Source of the DNA: an uncultured Candidatus Melainabacteria bacterium | GTDB lineage: Bacteria; Cyanobacteriota; Vampirovibrionia; Gastranaerophilales; Gastranaerophilaceae | Assembly (NCBI GenBank): GCA_947361615.1 | Contig: CANAJP010000004.1 | Span: forward strand, 8,216-72,215 | DNA: 64,000 bases | Direction: 5' to 3' | Shown: one piece after another, positions 55,481 through 64,000 of the stretch | How the letters are laid out: every line of letters begins with the position of its first letter | Position numbering within the stretch: the stretch's first letter is position 1 | Translations under genes and position numbers: made by a program | Notes under the pieces: model-generated | What the model saw: only the letters and a program-made list of their open reading frames with translations | Databases searched by the model: none | What the model was told of the DNA's origin: nothing

Positions 55481-57010
55481 ATGACACAAAGAGTTCTATT
55501 ATGTATTATGGACGGATGGGGAATTTCTTCAGGCAGCAAAACTACTGATGCGACTATATTAGCGAACCCTGTTAACGTCGAAAGATTAGAAAAAGAAAAC
55601 AAATTTATCCAAATATACGCAGACGGTGAAAACGTAGGTCTGCCAAAAGGTCAGATGGGTAACAGTGAAGTCGGTCACTTGAATTTAGGTGCCGGCAGAA
55701 TTGTTTATCAAGATTTATCAAGAATTAATAACGCGATTAAAGATGGCTCTTTCTATTCTAACGAAAGACTTTTGGACGCTATCAACCATGCGAAAAAGAA
55801 TGATTCAGCGCTTCACATTTACGGACTTGTATCAACAGGCGGTGTTCACTCATCACTTGAACATGTTCTTGCGTTAATTAAACTTGCCGCTGATAACGGA
55901 TTGACGAAAGTTTATGTACACGCGTTTCTTGACGGCCGTGATACGCCGCCGCAAAGTGCTTGCACTTTCCTTGAAACCGTTGAAAACGAGTTGAAGAAAT
56001 ACAATCTTCCGCCTGTTGCAACTGTAATCGGAAGATACTGGATTATGGACCGTGACAACCGTTGGGAACGTGTTGAAAAAGGTTATAACGCGCTTCTGTT
56101 GGGTGAAGGTGAAAAAGCCGCAACTGCAGTTGATGGTGTAAAAGCTTCTTATGAACGCGGCGACAACGATGAATTTGTCCTTCCAACTGTAATCGGCGGC
56201 GAAGAATCAAGAATTCACGATAATGACGCAATTATTTTCTTCAACTACAGACCTGACCGCGCAAGAGAAATTTCTAAGGCTATGATGTTTGAAAACTTTG
56301 ATGGTTTTGCGCGCAAGGCTGTTCGTAAAAATCTTCATTACACAACAATGACACCTTATGATGAAACTTTCACATTCCCTGTTGCGTTCCCGAAAGAAAG
56401 ACTTGTAAACATTTTGGGCGATGTTCTGGAAGCAAATGGTGTTAAACAATTTAGAACTGCAGAAACCGAAAAGTATGCGCACGTAACATTCTTCTTTAAC
56501 GGTGGTGTTGAAGAACCTCAAGCGCACGAAACACGTGTTCTTGTTCCATCTCCGAAAGTCGCAACTTATGACTTGCAGCCTGAAATGAGCGCTCCTGAAG
56601 TTTGTGAAAAAGTTTTGGGTGCAATTGAAAACCCTGAATACGGATTTATCCTTGTAAACTTTGCCAACCCTGATATGGTTGGCCATACAGGTGTTCTTGA
56701 AGCGGCAGTTAAAGCTTGCCACGTTGTTGACGAATGTGTTGGAAAAATCGCTGACGCTTGCGAAAAGAACGGAATTGTAATGCTTTTAACCGCAGACCAC
56801 GGAAACTCAGAAGTTATGGTTAACGAAGAAACAGGCAAACCGCAAACCGCGCACACTACAAACCCTGTTCCGTTTGTTTTAATCAACGCTCCTAAAGACG
56901 TTGAACTCAAAGAAACAGGCGCATTATGTAATATCGCGCCGACCGTTTTAGATATTATGGGTATCGAAAAACCGGCTGAAATGACCTGTGATTCACTGAT
57001 TAAGAAATAA
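55481..57010 (+). CDS. gpmI: 2,3-bisphosphoglycerate-independent phosphoglycerate mutase
   Basis: LCIMDGWG, GNSEVGHLNLGAGR and TADHGN motifs. Confidence 0.95.
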   Translation: MTQRVLLCIMDGWGISSGSKTTDATILANPVNVERLEKENKFIQIYADGENVGLPKGQMGNSEVGHLNLGAGRIVYQDLSRINNAIKDGSFYSNERLLDAINHAKKNDSALHIYGLVSTGGVHSSLEHVLALIKLAADNGLTKVYVHAFLDGRDTPPQSACTFLETVENELKKYNLPPVATVIGRYWIMDRDNRWERVEKGYNALLLGEGEKAATAVDGVKASYERGDNDEFVLPTVIGGEESRIHDNDAIIFFNYRPDRAREISKAMMFENFDGFARKAVRKNLHYTTMTPYDETFTFPVAFPKERLVNILGDVLEANGVKQFRTAETEKYAHVTFFFNGGVEEPQAHETRVLVPSPKVATYDLQPEMSAPEVCEKVLGAIENPEYGFILVNFANPDMVGHTGVLEAAVKACHVVDECVGKIADACEKNGIVMLLTADHGNSEVMVNEETGKPQTAHTTNPVPFVLINAPKDVELKETGALCNIAPTVLDIMGIEKPAEMTCDSLIKK

Positions 57011-57024
57011 AAATAGTAGGAAAT

Positions 57025-59994
57025 ATGACAGATATAGACAAATTTGATATAGATTTTTCATTTAAAAAGAACGATGTTGATGAACTTTTCTTCAACCTGA
57101 GCGAAAACCCGAACGGTTTTAAAAACAAGGATTTCCGCTATACGTTGAGTTTGGTTTATCAGATTATAGAAGAGGAATTTGAGGGCGTATTTTTAAGCCC
57201 GAACCCTCCGGCTAGAAACACAGATTTCTATTTGGTGAATAATTCAGGCAAATTGTCTTTCTTTGTTACTCCTACAAACAATTTTGATTATTACTTAAAA
57301 TCAAAAGGTTCATTGTTCCGCCTTCGTTCGTCTGTAATGGGCAACAAAGTCGGCTATGCAATGGATTTTGATATGGTAATGGATTATTTCGGCGGGTTCG
57401 GAAACATCGTCGGAATGGAAGCTATGACCGAAACTTTCACCTATTTGAACAAATTAACTTATTTTGTTCTTAAACTTGTTGAAAAGTTGTACTTCATTCC
57501 GACCGTTAAAACCCGCGGAAGTATGTTCAGAATTGTTTATGAACCAATTATCGCAAACCAAACTCTTGCGCGCATAATTAACCAGTTTGAAGAAAATCTT
57601 CCTGAAAATTTATTTATTTCAGGCGAAAAACCTGAAAACTTTGTTCGTGACTTTATTTATAACTATTTGAACTACGTTATTTATAAATTTTTAGGAATTA
57701 AAGCATACAAGTTTAAGGATATCAAGTCCGGAACTTATATGATTAAAGACCTTGAACAACGCATAATGATGCGCAGTCATGATTTGGCCGAAAGCTTTAA
57801 CCAATGGTTTGATGAGCTTTATCTTGGTAAATACGACATTATTCCGTTCTTTAAGGTTACAAAACTTGAAGACGAGCTTTTCCAACTTAAAGTTCATATC
57901 AAAGACCGTAAGACTGGTGAAACGGTTCTTATAGATAAACTTTATACGGATGATGAAGTTTTTGGTGCGGCGTCTTCAGATATTGCAAAAATCGTTGAAA
58001 AACAGCTTAATTACGCAATTCGTTATATGCCGGAACTCGAAAATCTTTTTGAAGATGAGGAAAAACTTGCGCTGGATTTGAATTTGACAGAAGTCTATAA
58101 AATTATTACGCAGACGGCATATTACTTACAAAAGGCGCAAATCGAGGTTGTTCTGCCTGATGAACTCGTGAATGTTGTAATTCCGCGCGCTTCAATTAAC
58201 GCAAAGGTTAAAGCCCAACGCTCTCAAGACCTTGCGGATATCTTCAATACTCCGTCATCTTCAAAAATCTCGCTTGACGATATTCTTGATTTTTCATACG
58301 AAATCGCGCTCGGTAACGAGAAAATTTCTCTTGAAGAGTTCGCTGAGTTAACCAAAAATTCGAACGGATTGATTAAGTATAAGAATAAATATATTCTTAT
58401 CGACAAAGAAGAAACCTCAAAAATCTTTGAACAGGTCGCTAAATCCGACATTAAAACAATGTCTAGAATGGAACTTATCCACGCATCTGTTTCCGGTCAA
58501 TTGAAACAATACGACTTCGACTATGACGAGGCCTTTGCAAACGTAATCAAAGACTTTAACAAACCTGTTGATGTTACTCCTCCTGCTGAACTTCAAGGTA
58601 CATTAAGACCTTATCAGGAAACAGGTTTGAAATGGTTGTGGACGAATATTTCCAAAGGTTTCGGGGTTTGTATGGCCGACGATATGGGGCTTGGTAAAAC
58701 TATCCAAATTATCAGCTTAATTCTTAAAATGAAAGAGGAAAAGAAACTTGATAAACCAGTTCTTGTTATCTGTCCGACAACCCTTATCGGTAACTGGATG
58801 AAAGAAATTAAGATGTTTGCGCCTTCTCTTGACGCCGTAATTTACCACGGGGCAGAAAGACAACTCGACGTTAAACACGATATTATTCTTACAACTTACG
58901 CGATTATGAGAATTGACGTTGAAGAGTTTAAGAAAAATCAGTGGGGTATGATTATTGTCGATGAAGCACAAAACATCAAAAACCCTGATACCGCACAAAC
59001 TCTTGCAATTAAACTTCTCAAATCCGATATAAAAGTTGCTATGACCGGTACCCCTGTTGAAAACAGATTGATTGAATTGTGGAGTATCTTCGATTTTATC
59101 AACCCGGGATATCTCGGAACTCTACGTGAATTCCAAAAAAGTTATGCAATTCCTATCGAACGCTTTAAAGAAACTTCGCGTGCAACTAAACTTAAGCTTT
59201 CAGTTTCGCCGTTTGTTCTAAGACGTCTGAAAACTGATAAGAAAGTTATTTCTGACCTTCCGGATAAGATTGTCTTGAACGATTATTGTTATCTCAACAA
59301 ATCTCAAGCGGTGCTTTATGAAAAAACTCTTGACGAAATGATGGCGAAAATCAGCGAGTTTTCAGGCATTAATCGTCGTGGTAATATCTTCAAACTTATC
59401 ACTGCGCTTAAACAGATTTGTAACCACCCTTATCAGTTCTTGAAAAGTGGTGAAATGAGCCGCGAAATGTCAGGAAAACTTGATAAGTGTATGTCCTTAA
59501 TCGAAACGATTATTGAACGTGGTGAAAAAACACTTATTTTTACACAATATCGTGAGATGGGTGACATTTTGTATAAAGTTATAGAAGACGAATTTAATAT
59601 GACACCGCTATTTTTCCATGGTTCATTGACAGTTGGACAGCGTGAGGAAATTATTAAACGCTTCCAGGAAAACGATGACGATAAGATTATGATTTTGTCC
59701 CTGAAAGCGGGCGGAACAGGTTTGAACCTAACGAGTGCCACGAACGTAATCCATTACGATTTATGGTGGAACCCTGCGGTAGAAGATCAGGCGACCGACC
59801 GTACTTACCGTATCGGTCAGGATAAAAACGTAATGGTTCACCGGCTTATTACCTTGGGAACTTTTGAAGAAAAAATCGATGAAATGTTGAAAAGTAAGAA
59901 AGAACTTGCGGATTTGGCTGTATTCGAAGGCGAAAAAATTATTACAGAACTTTCGGATTCAGAAATCTACGAAATCTTTTCACTTACGGTGTAG
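57025..59994 (+). CDS. SNF2-family helicase with a ~500-aa N-terminal accessory region (YwqA-like architecture)
   Basis: DDMGLGKT (motif I), DEAQNIKN (II), TGTPVENR, and the helicase-C motifs LKAGGTGLNLT...QATDRTYRIGQ. Confidence 0.88.
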   Translation: MTDIDKFDIDFSFKKNDVDELFFNLSENPNGFKNKDFRYTLSLVYQIIEEEFEGVFLSPNPPARNTDFYLVNNSGKLSFFVTPTNNFDYYLKSKGSLFRLRSSVMGNKVGYAMDFDMVMDYFGGFGNIVGMEAMTETFTYLNKLTYFVLKLVEKLYFIPTVKTRGSMFRIVYEPIIANQTLARIINQFEENLPENLFISGEKPENFVRDFIYNYLNYVIYKFLGIKAYKFKDIKSGTYMIKDLEQRIMMRSHDLAESFNQWFDELYLGKYDIIPFFKVTKLEDELFQLKVHIKDRKTGETVLIDKLYTDDEVFGAASSDIAKIVEKQLNYAIRYMPELENLFEDEEKLALDLNLTEVYKIITQTAYYLQKAQIEVVLPDELVNVVIPRASINAKVKAQRSQDLADIFNTPSSSKISLDDILDFSYEIALGNEKISLEEFAELTKNSNGLIKYKNKYILIDKEETSKIFEQVAKSDIKTMSRMELIHASVSGQLKQYDFDYDEAFANVIKDFNKPVDVTPPAELQGTLRPYQETGLKWLWTNISKGFGVCMADDMGLGKTIQIISLILKMKEEKKLDKPVLVICPTTLIGNWMKEIKMFAPSLDAVIYHGAERQLDVKHDIILTTYAIMRIDVEEFKKNQWGMIIVDEAQNIKNPDTAQTLAIKLLKSDIKVAMTGTPVENRLIELWSIFDFINPGYLGTLREFQKSYAIPIERFKETSRATKLKLSVSPFVLRRLKTDKKVISDLPDKIVLNDYCYLNKSQAVLYEKTLDEMMAKISEFSGINRRGNIFKLITALKQICNHPYQFLKSGEMSREMSGKLDKCMSLIETIIERGEKTLIFTQYREMGDILYKVIEDEFNMTPLFFHGSLTVGQREEIIKRFQENDDDKIMILSLKAGGTGLNLTSATNVIHYDLWWNPAVEDQATDRTYRIGQDKNVMVHRLITLGTFEEKIDEMLKSKKELADLAVFEGEKIITELSDSEIYEIFSLTV

Positions 59995-60022
59995 AAAAAG
60001 CTCCCAATCGGGAGCTTTTTTT
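59995..60022 (+). terminator. intrinsic terminator
   Basis: aaaaaGCTCCCaatcGGGAGCttttttt. Confidence 0.85.
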
Positions 60023-60103
60023 ATCGTTTAACACACCATACTTTTATACTATGTCAACTATTCAAACATGTTACAAAATCTTTATAATTCTTTAAACTAA
60101 GAG

Positions 60104-60132
60104 TTGACACGGTTTTTTGTTTATTTTACTAT
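60104..60132 (+). promoter_or_regulatory. sigma-70-type promoter upstream of rpsJ
   Basis: TTGACA, 17 nt, then TACTAT. Confidence 0.6.
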
Positions 60133-60253
60133 TGGTACACTGGCGTAGAATATCCGAAATATGATTATTTTAGAATAGCAGCGTCGGTGTATGAAATCCA
60201 CTGGTAACAATGGTTTTCATAGTAGTGGTAGTAAACATAAAAAGGAATGTCAA

Positions 60254-60574
60254 ATGGCAACAAGTAACAAAAAACAACGCATTAGAGTTTGTTTAAAAGC
60301 ATACGATCACAAATTGATTGACGTATCATCAGAAAAAATCGTAGAAACAGCAAAAAGAACAGACGCTAAAGTTCTTGGTCCTATTCCTTTACCTACAAAA
60401 AGACGTGTATATTGCGTATTGCGTTCACCTCACGTAGATAAAAAATCTCGTGAACACTTCGAAATGAGAACTCACAAACGCATTATCGATATATACGAAC
60501 CAACTCAACAGACAACTGAAGAGTTAAGCAGATTAGATTTACCTGCTGGTGTAGATATTGAAGTAAAATTATAA
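60254..60574 (+). CDS. rpsJ: 30S ribosomal protein S10
   Basis: [27 protein letters not shown]...[39 protein letters not shown]. Start set at MATSNKK. Confidence 0.95.
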   Translation: MATSNKKQRIRVCLKAYDHKLIDVSSEKIVETAKRTDAKVLGPIPLPTKRRVYCVLRSPHVDKKSREHFEMRTHKRIIDIYEPTQQTTEELSRLDLPAGVDIEVKL

Positions 60575-60588
60575 TATCAAAACCGAAA

Positions 60589-60779
60589 TTGAAAATTTAA
60601 TAAGCATTATGCATATAATGTGAACTGCGACCGGTCGGGGTGAAAGCTTAAAAATCCGAACGGAGAGGTAAGCCCTCATAGGTAAAGTACGTAGCGCTCG
60701 CAAGAGAAAATGCAATCCGGCACGGGATGGGAAACTTATGGTTTTACGGGTGTGTTGCGATTGCAAGAAAGGTAAAATT
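60589..60779 (+). promoter_or_regulatory. putative internal promoter plus ~150-nt GC-rich leader before rplC
   Basis: TTGAAA, 19 nt, TATAAT (60589-60619), followed by a GC-rich stretch (gcgaccggtcgggg..., gcgctcgcaag..., ccggcacggg...). Confidence 0.4.
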
Positions 60780-61415
60780 ATGACACTAGGTGTAATAGGT
60801 AAAAAATTAGGAATGACACAAATCTTTGACGAACAAGGTTTGGCTATCCCTGTAACCGTTATTAAAGTTGATGAAACAGTTGTAACTCAAGTTAAAACTG
60901 TTGAAACAGACGGATACAACGCAATTCAAGTAGGTACAGTTCCTGCTAAAGAAAAACACTTGACTAAAGCTCAATTAGGTCACTTCAAGAAAAATAACTT
61001 GAGCAACTACAGACACTTACAAGAGTTCCGTGTTGAAAACCCTCAAGATTATAAAGTTGGTGACAAAATTGAATTGTCAGTTTTGGAAAACGTTGAAAAA
61101 GTAGACGTTACAGGCAAATCAATCGGTAAAGGTTTCCAAGGTACAGTAAAAAGATGGAACTTCGGCCGCGGACCTATGGCTCACGGTTCTAAAAACCACA
61201 GAGAACCAGGTTCAATCGGTGCAGGTACAACTCCTAGCCGCGTTATCAAAGGTAAAAGAATGGCTGGCAACATGGGTAACGAAAGAGTTACTATTACTAA
61301 ATTGAAAGTTGTTAAAGTTGATTCAGCAAACAACTTAGTATTAGTAAAAGGTTCAGTACCTGGCTGCGAAGGCAGATTGGTAACGTTGGTTCCAACCAGA
61401 ACAAAATGGAATTAA
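60780..61415 (+). CDS. rplC: 50S ribosomal protein L3
   Basis: MTLGVIGKKLGMTQIF... and GKGFQGTVKRWNFGRGPMAHGSKNHREPGSIG. Confidence 0.95.
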   Translation: MTLGVIGKKLGMTQIFDEQGLAIPVTVIKVDETVVTQVKTVETDGYNAIQVGTVPAKEKHLTKAQLGHFKKNNLSNYRHLQEFRVENPQDYKVGDKIELSVLENVEKVDVTGKSIGKGFQGTVKRWNFGRGPMAHGSKNHREPGSIGAGTTPSRVIKGKRMAGNMGNERVTITKLKVVKVDSANNLVLVKGSVPGCEGRLVTLVPTRTKWN

Positions 61416-61503
61416 TCCAACAAGACACAAAAGTATTACAGCCGCTCTTGCCATATAAAGCGGAAGTCGCAAGGGGTAAGCGGAAAGCAAAAGGAAAATT
61501 AAA

Positions 61504-62130
61504 ATGTCAAAAGAAATTTTAAGTATAAACGGAGAAAAATTAGGCGAAATCTCTTTAGCACAAGAAGTATTCGCTGTTGAGCCAAACTTGCACGTAATGC
61601 ACTTGGCATTGAGAAGACAATTGAACAACGCACGTCAAGGTTCTGCTTGCGCTAAAACAAGAGCAGAAGTTGCAGGCGGCGGAAGAAAACCTTGGAAACA
61701 AAAAGGTACTGGCCGCGCTCGTGCTGGTTCTTTAAGATCACCTCTCTTTGCTGGTGGTGGTGTTGTATTCGGACCAAAACCAAGAAGCTATGAAATTTCT
61801 ATGCCGCAAAAAGCTAGAAAATTAGCTCTTAAATCTGCATTGTCTGCAAGACAAGAACAATTGGTTGTAGTAAAAGATTTCTCACAAATTGCTCAACCTA
61901 AAACAAAATTAATGGTTAGCGCTCTTAAAGCGTTAAACGTTTCAGGTAAGGTTTTAATCATCGCTGATACTAAAGCTGCTGAAAACGCAAACTTAGAATT
62001 AGCTGCTAGAAATATCCCTAGCGTAAAAATGATTTTACCGTCTAACTTGAATGTGAAAGATTTGTTGGAAGCTGATTTCGTTGTAATCACAGAATCTGCA
62101 GTCAACGTAATTACTGAAAGGTTGCAATAA
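61504..62130 (+). CDS. rplD: 50S ribosomal protein L4
   Basis: GGGRKPWKQKGTGRARAGSLRSPLFAGGGVVFGPKPR. Confidence 0.95.
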   Translation: MSKEILSINGEKLGEISLAQEVFAVEPNLHVMHLALRRQLNNARQGSACAKTRAEVAGGGRKPWKQKGTGRARAGSLRSPLFAGGGVVFGPKPRSYEISMPQKARKLALKSALSARQEQLVVVKDFSQIAQPKTKLMVSALKALNVSGKVLIIADTKAAENANLELAARNIPSVKMILPSNLNVKDLLEADFVVITESAVNVITERLQ

Positions 62131-62435
62131 TGAGTAAGAATACTAACATCGAAAAATTATACGGAATCATCAAAAAACCGTTAATCACAGAAAAATCTAT
62201 GATGGCAACATCATTAGGACAATATACATTCGAAGTGCAAAAAGATGCAACTAAAATCGAAATTGCACAAGCAGTAGAATTAGCTTTTCCAGGAAGAAAA
62301 GTTAAAAAAGTAAGAACAGTTTACATGCCATCTCACGCAAAAAGAATGGGCTTGAAACAAGGCAGAACTGATTCAAGCAAAAAAGCAATCGTAACCATCG
62401 AAGGTGATCCGATTGAAGAAATCGTTGGTGTGTAG
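62130..62435 (+). CDS. rplW: 50S ribosomal protein L23
   Basis: IIKKPLITEKS...YTFEV motifs. ATGA-type overlap with rplD. Confidence 0.93.
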   Translation: MSKNTNIEKLYGIIKKPLITEKSMMATSLGQYTFEVQKDATKIEIAQAVELAFPGRKVKKVRTVYMPSHAKRMGLKQGRTDSSKKAIVTIEGDPIEEIVGV

Positions 62436-62639
62436 CGGATTTTGCGTAGTGCGCCGTGTGAGTGCGTAGCACGAACCCAGCACGAAGTAGCGAAGACAAC
62501 GCGAATGGCAGCGATAGCGAAATGAGCGACTTGTCTGAGTGAAGCAATAATCCAAGACCGATTATTCAACCAACAAAATAATGGGGCGCAACCGATAAAT
62601 GCGCGATTAAGTAAAAGCCAAAACAAAGGAGAAAACAAA

Positions 62640-63467
62640 ATGGCAATTCGTACAATAAATCCAACTTCACCGGGTCAAAGAGGCATGACAAGAAGTGATT
62701 TTGCAGAAGTAACAACTTCAACTCCTGAAAAATCATTATTGTCTAAACTTAAAAAGACTTCAGGTAGAAATAATACAGGTAGAATTACTTGCCGTCATAA
62801 AGGTGGCGGTGTAAAAAAAGCATACCGTATCATTGATTTCAAACGTGACAAATTTGGCGTACCTGGAACAGTTAAAACTGTTGAATACGATCCAAACAGA
62901 AACGTAAGAATTTCACTTGTGTTCTACGCAGATGGTGAAAAAAGATATATCTTAACACCGGAAGGTTTAAACGTAGGCGATGTAATCGTTAGCGGTCCTG
63001 AAGCTCCTGTTCAAACAGGTAACGCTTTACCGCTTGAATTAATCCCACTTGGTTCTGTTGTTCACAACATCGAACTTAAAGCTGGCCGTGGCGGTATCTT
63101 GGTAAGAGCTGCAGGTAACTCAGCACAAGTTATGGCTAAAGAAGGCGACTACGTAACAGTTAAATTACCTTCAGGCGAAATGAGAATGGTAAGAAAAGAA
63201 TGTATGGCAACTATCGGTGTGTTAGGAAACCACGAATTTAAAAACTTATCATTAGGTAAAGCAGGTAGAAAACGCTACATGGGCATCCGTCCAACTGTAC
63301 GTGGTGTTACAATGAACCCTTGCGATCACCCTCACGGTGGTGGTGAAGGTAAAACCGGTCCTGGTGGACACCCTAAAACACCTTGGGGTAAACCTGCTCT
63401 TGGTTACAAAACCCGTAAAAAAGGTAAAGCTTCTGACAAACTTATCGTAAGAAGACGTAAGAAGTAA
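62640..63467 (+). CDS. rplB: 50S ribosomal protein L2
   Basis: [36 protein letters not shown] and [14 protein letters not shown]. Confidence 0.97.
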   Translation: MAIRTINPTSPGQRGMTRSDFAEVTTSTPEKSLLSKLKKTSGRNNTGRITCRHKGGGVKKAYRIIDFKRDKFGVPGTVKTVEYDPNRNVRISLVFYADGEKRYILTPEGLNVGDVIVSGPEAPVQTGNALPLELIPLGSVVHNIELKAGRGGILVRAAGNSAQVMAKEGDYVTVKLPSGEMRMVRKECMATIGVLGNHEFKNLSLGKAGRKRYMGIRPTVRGVTMNPCDHPHGGGEGKTGPGGHPKTPWGKPALGYKTRKKGKASDKLIVRRRKK

Positions 63468-63473
63468 TTGTAG

Positions 63474-63507
63474 TGGGCTTTTTGCTCACGCATAAAGCCC
63501 ATTTTTT
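63474..63507 (+). terminator. terminator-like hairpin plus T6 inside the r-protein operon (possible attenuator)
   Basis: TGGGCTTT, a 12-nt loop, AAAGCCCA, then tttttt. Lies between rplB and rpsS. Confidence 0.5.
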
Positions 63508-63543
63508 AAACATTAATCAAACAAAATTATAAAGGAGAAATTA

Positions 63544-63822
63544 ATGGCACGTTCATTAAAAAAAGGTCCATACGTAGAAGAAGCTCTACAAAAAAGAATC
63601 GAAAAAATGAATGCAAATTCAGAACATAAAGTGATTAAAACATGGTCAAGAGCATCAATGATTATTCCTGATATGTTAGGTCACACAATCGCTGTACACA
63701 ACGGTAAAACTCATGTTCCGGTTTACGTAACAGAGCAAATGATTGGACACAAATTAGGTGAATTCGCACCTACCAGATTGTACAAAGGTCACGCAGGCGC
63801 TGATAAAGCGAAACGTAAGTAG
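63544..63822 (+). CDS. rpsS: 30S ribosomal protein S19
   Basis: [11 protein letters not shown]... and [33 protein letters not shown]. Confidence 0.96.
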   Translation: MARSLKKGPYVEEALQKRIEKMNANSEHKVIKTWSRASMIIPDMLGHTIAVHNGKTHVPVYVTEQMIGHKLGEFAPTRLYKGHAGADKAKRK

Positions 63823-63942
63823 CCGACTGGAGCGGTTTTATATTTGGATGGTCGCTAAAGATTTAACGAAAATTCAAATATGAAAGGCGGTTGACCCCGC
63901 CTAAAACGAATTACAGTAGTGAAAAACTAAAAGGAAAGAAAA

Positions 63943-64000
63943 ATGGAAGCTAAAGCAAGACAAACAGATATAAAAATGACAGCTAGAAAACTTCGTCGCG
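63943..64000 (+). CDS. rplV: 5' end of 50S ribosomal protein L22 gene (cut by the window edge)
   Basis: MEAKARQTDIKMTARKLRR matches the L22 N-terminal pattern and the expected gene order. Confidence 0.8.
   Translation, partial: MEAKARQTDIKMTARKLRR

Noticed and set aside
57025-59994. SNF2 helicase as part of a defence island (DISARM/BREX/Zorya-like).
   Set aside because: It is a single gene flanked by gpmI and the ribosomal operon, each with its own terminator. There are no methyltransferase, nuclease, PLD or other defence partners. The architecture matches housekeeping YwqA-type proteins.
62433-62552. Possible TAG readthrough extending L23 by 38 codons.
   Set aside because: The extension (RILRSAPCECVARTQHEVAKTTRMAAIAK) has no recognisable feature. 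Other genes in the window, including recJ and the 15349-15900 recombinase gene, also terminate at TAG. There is no evidence for TAG reassignment.
62302-62638. Three overlapping minus-strand ORFs in the rplW-rplB spacer.
   Set aside because: They are mutually exclusive frames and are Cys/Arg/Leu/His-rich. They are antisense to a ribosomal operon. The open frames are more likely a by-product of the purine-rich plus strand, which has few stop-complement triplets.

Overview
AT-rich bacterial chromosomal window with no rRNA, CRISPR array, transposase or prophage. S10 and L2 look cyanobacteria-like, but the gene content is non-photosynthetic (prepilin-type/DUF1566 protein, TPR proteins, group-4 hydrogenase-like complex). 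I infer a Melainabacteria/Vampirovibrionia-like genome; this is not proven.

Gene content, in order:
- recJ.
- An 11-gene minus-strand glycan operon (3230-14595). It combines a CDP-6-deoxyhexose branch with an unusual ulosonic-acid-type module: DRE-TIM aldolase fusion, CMP-sugar synthetase, GT2 fused to a sialyltransferase-motif domain, and a HAD phosphatase.
- Two divergent small FimB/FimE-like tyrosine recombinases beside a candidate invertible promoter, upstream of a GT8-GT2-ugd operon.
- A zeta-like ATPase translationally coupled to a 54-aa ORF.
- A tRNA operon: Thr-UGU, a tRNA-Thr remnant, Thr-GGU, Tyr-GUA.
- Reverse rubrerythrin, groES-groEL, and a UmuC-like polymerase.
- apt, a processive GT2 synthase with a GC-rich leader, and a BlaI-family repressor.
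- A 651-aa protein with a sigma-70 region-4-like HTH followed by nine 36-aa mTERF-like repeats.
- tRNA-Ser and a porin-like gene.
- A six-gene Hyf-like complex whose large subunit lacks the NiFe cysteine ligands (Ehr-type).
- A tandem array of small XRE regulators.
- metG-aroK-aroB, a formate/nitrite transporter, and a G13 tract upstream of a prepilin-type gene.
- gpmI, an SNF2 helicase, and the start of the S10 ribosomal-protein operon, which has unusually long structured spacers.

Three loci carry a palindromic MITE-like repeat. Coordinates of non-ORF features were indexed by hand and may be off by 1-2 nt.
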